Assembly: GCA_047639575.1 (NCBI GenBank)
Contig: JBLIOB010000001.1
Span: 178 to 64,177 of the forward strand
From: Parvicellaceae bacterium
GTDB taxonomy: Bacteria > Bacteroidota > Bacteroidia > Flavobacteriales_D > Parvicellaceae
DNA length: 64,000 nt
Direction of reading: 5' to 3'
Shown here one piece after another: positions 1-8,402 of this stretch (its first letter is position 1; each line of letters opens with the position of its first letter). Under the pieces are notes generated by a model. That model searched no databases and had not been told where the DNA came from. It worked only from the letters and a program-made list of their open reading frames with translations. Both the position numbers and the translations under genes were made by a program.

Positions 1-57
1 AAAGAAATAAATTTAAAACTATGAGATGAACTGATTAAAAACGCGAAAAATTGGGCA

Positions 58-166
58 CAAAAATAAGGCAAGCTACTCACATCGCACTGCTACAACCGTT
101 TACCCTTGCTATGTTCCCATCCTGGGGGATTCAACAGGAGCTAGTCGTGTGAGACTTGCCTCGCGG
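58..166 (-). ncRNA. ffs: Signal recognition particle RNA (small 4.5S type)
   Basis: The minus-strand read forms a long hairpin closed by GGCAAG...CTTGCC (plus 67-88 pairs with 148-160). The apex reads CCAGG-AUG-GGAA-CAU-AGCA-AGGG: a GGAA tetraloop flanked by the AGG and AGCA loops of SRP domain IV. A T-run follows. No ORF here. Confidence 0.75.
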
Positions 167-236
167 TAAAAGTACAACAACTTTATTATTTGCAAAATAT
201 TATAGCACTAAAAAAGGCTAAAAATTAAGAAGCCTG

Positions 237-725
237 CTAAATCCAGGCTATTGTGAAAGCGCAAAAGGCAATAGCCAAAATAGCAAGCAACGTTCTTGTC
301 AACGATTTTTTCCAGAGATCCAATCGAACAACACCTCTCTTATGACTTGTTAATTCATTGATTGCATATAAAACATCCTCAATAAACGTGTCAGAATCTT
401 TTAAAAGATAGTCTGTAGCCCCCTTTTTAATAATCTGTATAACAACATTCAATTTAGATTGCCCACTAAAAAATATTACGGGAAGCGAAGTTTTATTTTT
501 TTTCGCCTTTTTCATAATGTCTAGCCCATTTTCCGCCTTGCTATTTTCACTATCCAAATGATAGTCTAATATTAAGACATCAGAGTTTGGGTTAGATGAA
601 AAATAATCATCGCCAGACACAAAAGCAGACACATTATAATTAGGATTCTTACTTAGTTCATAAGACAATAACGATCTTACAATTTCACTATCTTCGATAA
701 TATCGATATTGTATTTCTCTTCCAT
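237..725 (-). CDS. Response-regulator receiver domain protein with C-terminal transmembrane tail anchor
   Basis: 162 aa. Receiver signature: IDIIEDS acidic pair, VLILDYH phospho-acceptor Asp, IFFSGQ, KKGATDYLLK. The protein ends in a hydrophobic helix, TLLAILAIAFCAFTIAWI. Overlaps the upstream gene by 38 nt. Confidence 0.75.
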   Translation of the reverse strand: MEEKYNIDIIEDSEIVRSLLSYELSKNPNYNVSAFVSGDDYFSSNPNSDVLILDYHLDSENSKAENGLDIMKKAKKNKTSLPVIFFSGQSKLNVVIQIIKKGATDYLLKDSDTFIEDVLYAINELTSHKRGVVRLDLWKKSLTRTLLAILAIAFCAFTIAWI

Positions 726-1818
726 GGCGTTTGTTTTTTATTAGGTTATTTCTCTCCTCAAAAAGTTTAACATTTATGCTCAATTCTTTGAAGTTTATCA
801 TTTTCAAAAATCTATAGTTACGAATCACAACCAGTGCTTCAAACGTTATAGCGTAGATCAGTACTAATTTTACCAAAATGATTGACTCAAGCCCTTCTTC
901 AATAAAATAATGTCCACATACCCCTATTAAAAGTGCCAATAAAAGCACAAAAGTAGTCGCTTGGGTATGATTAAAGCCTAAAATCAACAATTTGTGATGA
1001 AGGTGATTTCTGTCTGCCTTAAATGGCGTATTCCCCATTAATATTCGACCAATCAAAAGTCTAATAGCATCAAGTATGGGCACCAATAGAAAGCCAATAA
1101 TTAGAAAAATATCTGGATTCATCGTTATACCTTTACTTGAGATAGTCGAGATTGAAAACCCATATATTAATAGACCTAATGCCAGCGAACCGGAGTCACC
1201 CATGTAAATTTTGGCTGGTGAATAATTGAGAACTGCAAACCCAAGCAAACTTAGTGTTAACCAACCTAACATTGGTAAATTAACGGTGCCTGATTCAAAG
1301 TTCATAAAGAATAATATGGCAAAAATTCCAATCGAGAAGGTGACACATAATCCATCTATTCCATCTAAGAAATTAACCGCATTAATCAATCCTACGCCTA
1401 TTACAAAAGAAATTAAAATTGAAATTAGTAAGCTTAATTCTCCAATTCCAAACAATCCATATAATGATTCTATCCTATAGCCTGAACATACAACTAGACC
1501 AACTGCAAAAAACTGCAAAATAAACTTAATTTTATAGGAGAGATCGGACCTATCGTCTATGGCTCCTGTAACTAATAAAATTGCGGTTGAAATCAAAAGT
1601 GCCATTTCTTTACTGAAGATTTCCGGTTTGCAGAATACAACAAAACCTATCAAGGAAACCGTTACAAACACTACTCCTCCAGAAGTAGGAACGATGTTCT
1701 TATGAAGTTTTCTTGCATTTGGATGATCTACAAGACCTAACCTACCAGCAAATTTGATTTGAAGTTTGAGTAATGCATAAGTTGCAACAATAGGTATTAG
1801 AAATATAAAATAATTCAT
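688..1818 (-). CDS. Undecaprenyl-phosphate sugar-1-phosphate transferase (MraY/WecA family, GT4)
   Basis: 376 aa polytopic membrane protein with motifs DDRSDL, NAVNFLDGIDGL and MGDSGSLALG. Confidence 0.8.
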   Translation of the reverse strand: MNYFIFLIPIVATYALLKLQIKFAGRLGLVDHPNARKLHKNIVPTSGGVVFVTVSLIGFVVFCKPEIFSKEMALLISTAILLVTGAIDDRSDLSYKIKFILQFFAVGLVVCSGYRIESLYGLFGIGELSLLISILISFVIGVGLINAVNFLDGIDGLCVTFSIGIFAILFFMNFESGTVNLPMLGWLTLSLLGFAVLNYSPAKIYMGDSGSLALGLLIYGFSISTISSKGITMNPDIFLIIGFLLVPILDAIRLLIGRILMGNTPFKADRNHLHHKLLILGFNHTQATTFVLLLALLIGVCGHYFIEEGLESIILVKLVLIYAITFEALVVIRNYRFLKMINFKELSINVKLFEERNNLIKNKRHGREIQYRYYRR

Positions 1819-1823
1819 AGTTC

Positions 1824-3026
1824 TTATTTTTGATAGTAATGTTTGGTTCTTGATAAATGCATAATTCCCTGATCTAGCAATATTTTATTGGAAACACGCG
1901 ACAAATCCAAAGCGACTTGAGACTTCTTATAATTATATTCGAATGATCTCAGCAACATAACATATTGCCTTCCTACCAACTTCCAGGTGTAATGTTGATT
2001 TGCAACTTCCTTCAAATTGGTTCTTACTCTGACCAAATCACTGTATGTAAACGATTCCAGCTGCAGTTCCAAATCTTCCCTCCCTTTAAAATAGAGTGCC
2101 TTATCATGTGTGGTGTATCTATTAAACGAAACATCAAACGCTAATACCGGAAGTCCCAAATACATTGCTTCTATCAGTGATGGGTTCGTTCCTCCTGCGC
2201 TGTGACCATGAATATATAGATGTGCATTAGATCTAATTACATTTAATAAAACAGGGTCGTATATGGGGTCTAACAAATGAATATTTGGATAAGAACTGTA
2301 GTTCTTCTTTAAGTAAATTCCATACTTACTATTCTCCCAGTTTCCAACAACGACCAGATTCCGTTTTCCGTTATCTGTGAATGCTTCCAAAATCATATCT
2401 AAATTATTTTCAGGCTCAATCCTAGCCACTTTAAATGCATACAGCCCATTAATAAATGGGTACTTCAATCTATCAATGGGCCTTATCGCAATAGGCTTAG
2501 CATGATCAGCGCCATAGGGTATTAAATGGCTTAATGTTTTATATTTAATTGAGGTGTAACGCTTAATGCCCATATTGTCTGTAATGTCGGCATGAGAGTA
2601 TTTTACCGCTAGTCTTTCAGAATATTTAAGAAATGATTTAGCCGTTCTACCCCACTTCGCCCTCCTCCATTCTAATCCGTCTATGTTCACAATTAATTTT
2701 CTATTTGTTAAGCGTCTAACAAATGGAAATGCAATACCTCCTGAAACCCCAAGAGAAAGGATATGCTGATGATTAAAAACTGCCAAAAACAATGATAATA
2801 CATCGTAAACAATACTCTGAGGACCATTTGCATTGAACGGTAAGTAAATTAGCTTAGCTCCTTTATAATTCTCTAATCGTTCTTCTTTTGAATAAAATTT
2901 TCTACTACAGAAAACGGTTACGTTATAATTATTCGTCAAATATGGAAGTATGTTATCAACCATGGTTTCAAACCCTCCGTATCTCCCTGGCACTCCAACC
3001 GTACCAATAATTGCTAGTCTTTTCAT
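1824..3026 (-). CDS. Glycosyltransferase (DUF1972 N-terminus + GT1 C-terminus)
   Basis: 400 aa. N-terminus MKRLAIIGTVGVPGRYGGFET is typical of DUF1972-type GT-B enzymes. C-terminal region contains HSAGGTNPSLIEAM. Confidence 0.7.
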   Translation of the reverse strand: MKRLAIIGTVGVPGRYGGFETMVDNILPYLTNNYNVTVFCSRKFYSKEERLENYKGAKLIYLPFNANGPQSIVYDVLSLFLAVFNHQHILSLGVSGGIAFPFVRRLTNRKLIVNIDGLEWRRAKWGRTAKSFLKYSERLAVKYSHADITDNMGIKRYTSIKYKTLSHLIPYGADHAKPIAIRPIDRLKYPFINGLYAFKVARIEPENNLDMILEAFTDNGKRNLVVVGNWENSKYGIYLKKNYSSYPNIHLLDPIYDPVLLNVIRSNAHLYIHGHSAGGTNPSLIEAMYLGLPVLAFDVSFNRYTTHDKALYFKGREDLELQLESFTYSDLVRVRTNLKEVANQHYTWKLVGRQYVMLLRSFEYNYKKSQVALDLSRVSNKILLDQGIMHLSRTKHYYQK

Positions 3027-3074
3027 TTCTTAGTTTTTTATCCTTAATAACAGATTAGCGAAGACTAAGCCAAA

Positions 3075-3104
3075 ATTAAAAAAGCCCCTATTTCAGGGGC
3101 TTTA
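3075..3104 (-). terminator. Intrinsic terminator-like hairpin inside the EPS gene train
   Basis: Minus strand reads AAAGCCCCUGAAAUAGGGGCUUUUUUAAUUUU. GC-rich 6-7 bp stem (plus 3083-3088 with 3096-3101), GAAAUA loop, U-run. It sits in the 128-nt gap between two glycosyltransferase genes. Confidence 0.6.
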
Positions 3105-3154
3105 GGAAATAAACACAAAATGTAAGTCTAGATTTGGGAAAGTAATTCCCATAA

Positions 3155-4321
3155 TTAGGCAGCTCTAATTCTGCCTTGTTGAAGTAACACTTCATCCCCG
3201 AAATGAGCATTAAGGAAAATGCCAAGCCTTTCATTGAACGAAGATGTGGTTAATTTACTATTGAATATAAATTTACCTCTCATGCCATGCGTCCTAATCT
3301 CCTCTGGGTAATCCAAATAATACTCAATTGCTTTCGCTAATGATCTAGCATCATTATGTTTCACCAAAAAACCACTCTTTTTATTTGAAATAATTTCTTT
3401 GGCTCCACCATGATCTGTCGCAATAACCGCTCTACAACAACTCATTCCCTCTAATACAGTTGTTGGAAAAGGGTCTTTCATTACACTAGGAACTAAAATC
3501 ACATTAGCCTTGGAGAAATGACCCTTTACATCAGGTGTGAAAGGAAGAATATTCACAATACTTTGTAAGTTATCTTCAATCACTCTTTTTAACAAATCAT
3601 CTCTAAGGTATTTCTTGCTTTCTACTGTATCTCCAACGATATGAAATCTCGCCTTCTTGAGTTTATCTGATGGAATAATTTTCAAAGCATCCATCAAATA
3701 CCATTGTCCTTTTCCCGGCTTTATCCGTCCAATTAAAAAGAATCGAATAGGCCCTTTCACTATGTTTTGACCAGCAACAATAGATTGAATCCCGTTATAT
3801 ATCACCTCTGTTTTACCAGATCTAATATACTTATGTAGATTATTCTCAACCGCTTTCGACACACATACAATTTTTCGATTGTAACGATTTGCCATTTTCG
3901 CAATTTGACGCGCTACTACTTTTGGCTTTTCAACTATTTCATGACAATGGAGAAAAGAAGGTATTTTCAATCGATCGGTAATTTTACTTACATAAACACC
4001 AGCCATTGTATTATGATACGCTAAACTAAAATTATGGATAGCGTGTAAATTTTTAATCAAATGTTTAGTCTTCTGATAATCGGAATAAAAAGAAGATATT
4101 CCTTTAACACTCATCCTATTTCTGTATATAACTGAAAGAAAATCGACAAAAATTATATCTGTGTTTTCAACTTGATCCGTAATAAATTTGGTCAGTTCTC
4201 CATCTTTAGGCAGCAGGATGATTTTCCTCGTTGAGGCGGGAAACACCTTAAGGGCGTTAACTAAAATTCGGTCTGCACCATAAAGTTCATTACTTGGATG
4301 TGTTACTAATATTGTTTTCAT
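3155..4321 (-). CDS. Glycosyltransferase family 4/1 (GT-B)
   Basis: 388 aa. C-terminal pattern PTTVLEGMSCCRAVIATDHGG is typical of GT1/GT4 nucleotide-sugar binding domains. Confidence 0.7.
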   Translation of the reverse strand: MKTILVTHPSNELYGADRILVNALKVFPASTRKIILLPKDGELTKFITDQVENTDIIFVDFLSVIYRNRMSVKGISSFYSDYQKTKHLIKNLHAIHNFSLAYHNTMAGVYVSKITDRLKIPSFLHCHEIVEKPKVVARQIAKMANRYNRKIVCVSKAVENNLHKYIRSGKTEVIYNGIQSIVAGQNIVKGPIRFFLIGRIKPGKGQWYLMDALKIIPSDKLKKARFHIVGDTVESKKYLRDDLLKRVIEDNLQSIVNILPFTPDVKGHFSKANVILVPSVMKDPFPTTVLEGMSCCRAVIATDHGGAKEIISNKKSGFLVKHNDARSLAKAIEYYLDYPEEIRTHGMRGKFIFNSKLTTSSFNERLGIFLNAHFGDEVLLQQGRIRAA

Positions 4322-4322
4322 A

Positions 4323-5609
4323 TCATGCTCTTAAAAGTGGATAATTAATCATTTGGGACTTTCCCTGATCTGACTGATGCGTAATTGAATCATAGATCTC
4401 ATTAAATTTTTTTGCTTTAACCGTCCATGTCAGATGGTTATTGAAATGTTGCTTCGCCTTAGTTCCTTTATACATGAGCATATCTGGATTGCAATAAAAT
4501 TGCATTAGTGCGTTAGCCATCTCAACAATAGATTCTTCTCTATAAAGACTAGCCACTCGCACTCCTGAATAATCATCAATTAACTCTCCAGGCCCAACAT
4601 TATTCAAGCAAACAACGGGTATCCCATAAGATAGTGCTTCGGGTATTACCATTCCGGCACCTTCATGAGACGGGAATAAAAACACTGAACTATCGTTGAA
4701 TAAATTCATCATTTCAGAACGCTCAACCCAATCAACGATACTAACATATTCTGATATCCCTTGCTCGACTACTAGTCGCTCCAATAACCCTTTCTGTTTT
4801 CCCTTTCCAACAAGTTTTAATTGAATGTTTGCACGTTTATCTTTTGGAATTGATTTAATAAACTTTGCAAAAGATTCAATAGTCAAATCGAAACCTTTCA
4901 TTGGCACAAATCGACCACAGCTTAACACTGTAAATCCTCGTTTAATATCCCTAGACACGTAATTTGGAAGTTCGCTAGCAACGGCAGGAATAATAGAAAA
5001 TTTATCTTGTTCTACGCTAATCACGTCTTGTACGCTAGAATTAATCCCTATAATATGATCTGTTCTTTCAACAGCTTTTCTGTAATTCGGATCTAACTTT
5101 CTAAAACTCCATTTTATCAAATAGTATAATCGATCTCTTATGAGTTCAATAATTGGATAAGGCCTCAGGAACTCTTTTTCAATCTTAGGGTGATGTCCAA
5201 TTGGCCCCCATACAGTTGGTTTACCAAGTTTCCACATAAAATGAGGTTGACTATCGCTATGAAAATTCAATGAATGTGCAACATCAAAATCCAACTGTAA
5301 TTTCTTTATTTCATTAACAATGTAGTATTGCCAAAACCAATAATAGATAACATAGCCGCGCCTTCCGCTGATTTTCTTTATTCTCATTACCCAATTGGGT
5401 AAGTCGAAATAAAAAAAAGACATATTATCAAGCACTTTATCTCGTGGGTTTTCAGCTCGAAACCTGTCAATTTCAGCTTGATTATTCTTTCTAGTGAATA
5501 GAAGAACCCGGTTGTATTTAGCTACATGATAAGCGCTGTTCCAGCCAGTAGCGTCTTCAGATCCTTTGTACGGATTTACAGCATATGCGGTCATTAATAT
5601 TATTCTCAT
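4323..5609 (-). CDS. Glycosyltransferase family 1
   Basis: 428 aa. C-terminal FLFPSHEGAGMVIPEALSYGIPVV motif. Stop lies 1 nt from the next gene's start. Confidence 0.65.
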   Translation of the reverse strand: MRIILMTAYAVNPYKGSEDATGWNSAYHVAKYNRVLLFTRKNNQAEIDRFRAENPRDKVLDNMSFFYFDLPNWVMRIKKISGRRGYVIYYWFWQYYIVNEIKKLQLDFDVAHSLNFHSDSQPHFMWKLGKPTVWGPIGHHPKIEKEFLRPYPIIELIRDRLYYLIKWSFRKLDPNYRKAVERTDHIIGINSSVQDVISVEQDKFSIIPAVASELPNYVSRDIKRGFTVLSCGRFVPMKGFDLTIESFAKFIKSIPKDKRANIQLKLVGKGKQKGLLERLVVEQGISEYVSIVDWVERSEMMNLFNDSSVFLFPSHEGAGMVIPEALSYGIPVVCLNNVGPGELIDDYSGVRVASLYREESIVEMANALMQFYCNPDMLMYKGTKAKQHFNNHLTWTVKAKKFNEIYDSITHQSDQGKSQMINYPLLRA

Positions 5610-5649
5610 TTTATCCGTATTTCGCCAGAGGCGAGAGAAGCTTCCTGAT

Positions 5650-8274
5650 CTAAGCGACCAGAGATAGCTCCTCTATGATTATATTAATTGTAGTTTTTTT
5701 GTCATTATTTTCAATCGATCTATAAACACCTTTGTACTTACTAGAAAAATCACTGAATAATTGCTGATATTTTAAATTAAGTATCCTAATTTGATTTGCA
5801 GTCATTTCTTGTTTTCTACTTAAAATAACTTCTGGAGACGCATACAGATAAAAATTCATTTCTGGTTTTCTTACCAGGCCGTAAAAAAGCTTCACGAGTT
5901 TAGGGCTCAGTGATATATTAGATCTCTTTGCATCGTTGATAAAATCAAAATAATACCGATCATAAAGCACTATTTTCCCTCGCCACGTATATTTATAGGC
6001 AACGTAGATTTGTCCTAACAAATAGTCTAAATAGTAGTACCCAAACCTAAATATTGAGCTAACTACACTCTCATTTGTTCCTTGACGCGGAAGATTTATT
6101 GAAGCTCTTTTATCTGCTACATCCTTTCCATGCTGATATGCACTAAGTATTGGCAGTAAATTTGGCCGATGCCTTAATAAAACAACTTCTTTTCTAAACT
6201 GTTTTTTCAATCGATCTTCTAACTCCTGAACGATAGTAGTTTTACCAACTCCGTCAACTCCGCTAATTGTACATATAAAACCGCGATTGTTAATCAACTG
6301 TCGCAACGTATCAAAAAAGTAAACAAAACGTTCTGTCACCTTCTTTTTCAAAGAGAAACTTGATCTAAATACACTTAACATGTATCTCGATTTACTTGGC
6401 GTCAAATCCAAAAGCTCATCGATCGACTGATAGTTAAACATATACTTACTATTAAAATAGCGAACAGCTTTACCTTTATCTAGCCAATTCGCTCGTTGAA
6501 ATAGTTCTTGATATTTTTCCGGGATACACCCTTTATTCAGACCATAAAACAAAATGCAATTCTCAAGTTCAAATTGCAATTTTGGCCGCATTACTCCAAG
6601 TTGCTTCATACTTGAATTAATTAACACTTCTTCATTTAAGTATTGTTTGCCCTTACAAACCATTTTCGAAATCAGATCTATATATAATACCTCTCCGGTT
6701 AACAGTGATATCATCAATTGGGACAAGTAACTTTTCGTTACCACTTTAATCTTACTGATGCCAGGGTGCATTTTTAAATACTCGATCGTTTCCTTTCTCA
6801 ACCCCGTAGAAACTAATATGTCAAGATCCGCCTCCAAGCTTATTTCTAACGGATGAACGAATTGTTTAATAAACGTGTGACGCTTGCCTTCCAAGAAAAT
6901 ACAGAGATCACGAATTAGTGATATTCTATCATTTTCAGCTACACCATAACCTAACCCACGGAAAGCTTCTTGCCAACAGAACACTAGTCTTAATTGATCA
7001 ACTGACAATTCTGATTGACAAGACATCATTGCTAGTTGAAAAGACACATTATCTAATAAATAGTACTTTAAGTATTTAACAGGATCAATATCCCATTTTT
7101 GGACATATTCTTCCAATCCCCATTTCTTAAACTCATTCCAAATTGTGCATTCAATAGCCTGCCAAGAATTGTTATTAATGAGTACACCTCGTTGAATGAT
7201 GAAATGAAAAAAATCGGAAAGCATCGAACAGTAATTTGACGCTAGTTCAAAATCTATTAAGTACAATGACTCACCGCTATTAGAAGTATTCCAAGGAGTG
7301 AAATCACCATGACTTTTGGTCATTAAAACTTGATTACCTTTTAATTCTGCAAGAATTTCTTCTAATGACGCCCCCAGATATGGCGAATGTGGAATAACTT
7401 TTGACTTCGAATTATGAAGTAAATCAATATTGCTCACTATGGAGAGATACTGACGAGATTGCTGAAAAGGAAGTTGAATCACTGATTTTTCCATCACCTC
7501 TTTTAAGAAAACCACATGAGATTTAGATAGTTTTTTTGACGCTTGAATCTTTTGGGTTTCACCGTTTACAATGGCATAATTAGAAAAGCTATTGACTTTG
7601 GGCAAAGAGACTGAGTTTAAGTTTAAATTCTTCCAAACCCCATTCATTTTTAATTCATGATTCTGTAATTCCCTTGTTAAAGCAGTTTTGGATATTTTCA
7701 CAAAATATGAATGCCCGCTGTGCTCATAAAAAACAATAGGTGTATTCCCGAAACCTTTACTACCTCCAGAAAACGCATAATTAAAACCTAAAATTTTGAT
7801 ATGATTACAGGCACTGACGTCTGGCCGAACAATCACATTACAAAACCCTGAAACAAACAATCTACTCGCTTTTATTAAATGCAATAAACGCATCCCAGTA
7901 ACAAGAACTTTTGATCTTTTAGTAAAAGGCTGATATAGCTTTAAAAAACTCAAAGACCGTTTACTAAACATCCACCGAAGGCTGCCATCTTTGCGGTTGA
8001 TAAAACTCATTTTTATTTTCTCAGTGTGGCCGACAGACAAACTGCATGAAAAGTCCAAAATCAACTCAAAGTCATCCAATTCGTAAGACTTATACCTGAT
8101 CATCTCTCCTGCGAGATTCACCAAGATTTTATTGGCCTTGACACCCACATACTCACCTATAATTGGCTCATTTTCAACTAATCTTTGATACGGATCGAAA
8201 ATGAAAACACTTTTATTAGATGGGACCATCGAATGGATCCAATTATTTAGGTCTGAGGCGAGAATATTTTTCAT
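5650..8274 (-). CDS. Fusion protein: APH/choline-kinase-like phosphotransferase + thymidylate-kinase-like P-loop kinase
   Basis: 874 aa. Central HGDFTPWN catalytic loop and LIDFELAS (the DFG-equivalent) match the aminoglycoside/choline kinase fold. C-terminal ISGVDGVGKTTIVQEL Walker A with LLRHRP resembles dTMP-kinase-like proteins. About 190 aa between the two are unassigned. Confidence 0.55.
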   Translation of the reverse strand: MKNILASDLNNWIHSMVPSNKSVFIFDPYQRLVENEPIIGEYVGVKANKILVNLAGEMIRYKSYELDDFELILDFSCSLSVGHTEKIKMSFINRKDGSLRWMFSKRSLSFLKLYQPFTKRSKVLVTGMRLLHLIKASRLFVSGFCNVIVRPDVSACNHIKILGFNYAFSGGSKGFGNTPIVFYEHSGHSYFVKISKTALTRELQNHELKMNGVWKNLNLNSVSLPKVNSFSNYAIVNGETQKIQASKKLSKSHVVFLKEVMEKSVIQLPFQQSRQYLSIVSNIDLLHNSKSKVIPHSPYLGASLEEILAELKGNQVLMTKSHGDFTPWNTSNSGESLYLIDFELASNYCSMLSDFFHFIIQRGVLINNNSWQAIECTIWNEFKKWGLEEYVQKWDIDPVKYLKYYLLDNVSFQLAMMSCQSELSVDQLRLVFCWQEAFRGLGYGVAENDRISLIRDLCIFLEGKRHTFIKQFVHPLEISLEADLDILVSTGLRKETIEYLKMHPGISKIKVVTKSYLSQLMISLLTGEVLYIDLISKMVCKGKQYLNEEVLINSSMKQLGVMRPKLQFELENCILFYGLNKGCIPEKYQELFQRANWLDKGKAVRYFNSKYMFNYQSIDELLDLTPSKSRYMLSVFRSSFSLKKKVTERFVYFFDTLRQLINNRGFICTISGVDGVGKTTIVQELEDRLKKQFRKEVVLLRHRPNLLPILSAYQHGKDVADKRASINLPRQGTNESVVSSIFRFGYYYLDYLLGQIYVAYKYTWRGKIVLYDRYYFDFINDAKRSNISLSPKLVKLFYGLVRKPEMNFYLYASPEVILSRKQEMTANQIRILNLKYQQLFSDFSSKYKGVYRSIENNDKKTTINIIIEELSLVA

Positions 8275-8295
8275 TCAAATTATTTAAATAGACTT

Positions 8296-8312
8296 ATGCG
8301 TAATTCATGCCA
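8296..8312 (-). promoter_or_regulatory. Weak sigma-54 (-24/-12)-like element
   Basis: Minus strand reads TGGCAT-GAATT-ACGCAT, with the GG and GC dinucleotides at consensus spacing (consensus TGGCAC-N5-TTGCW). It lies about 22 nt upstream of the start of 5650..8274. The -12 half deviates (ACGC instead of TTGC). Confidence 0.2.
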
Positions 8313-8402
8313 CATGCACTACTCTCTTTATTAATAAGGATTTCTAAGATGTTAATGGTTTAAACTGTCCAGAACAGAGAGCGTTTTTCCCAGAATGGGA
8401 TG

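Noticed and set aside
1226-1480. 84-aa plus-strand ORF inside the WecA-like gene. Similar antisense or nested ORFs occur at 11096-11314, 11120-11488, 12157-12375, 12550-12797, 16533-16811, 17796-18215, 19564-19839, 21562-21846, 27934-28116, 29142-29411, 30158-30343, 34080-34262, 36725-37033, 37463-37678, 41781-46425, 50064-51448, 52399-53163, 53835-54101 and 55075-55314.
   Set aside because: All lie entirely within much longer ORFs that carry clear family motifs, either on the opposite strand or in another frame. They have low-complexity or odd composition and are typical shadow ORFs of an AT-rich genome.
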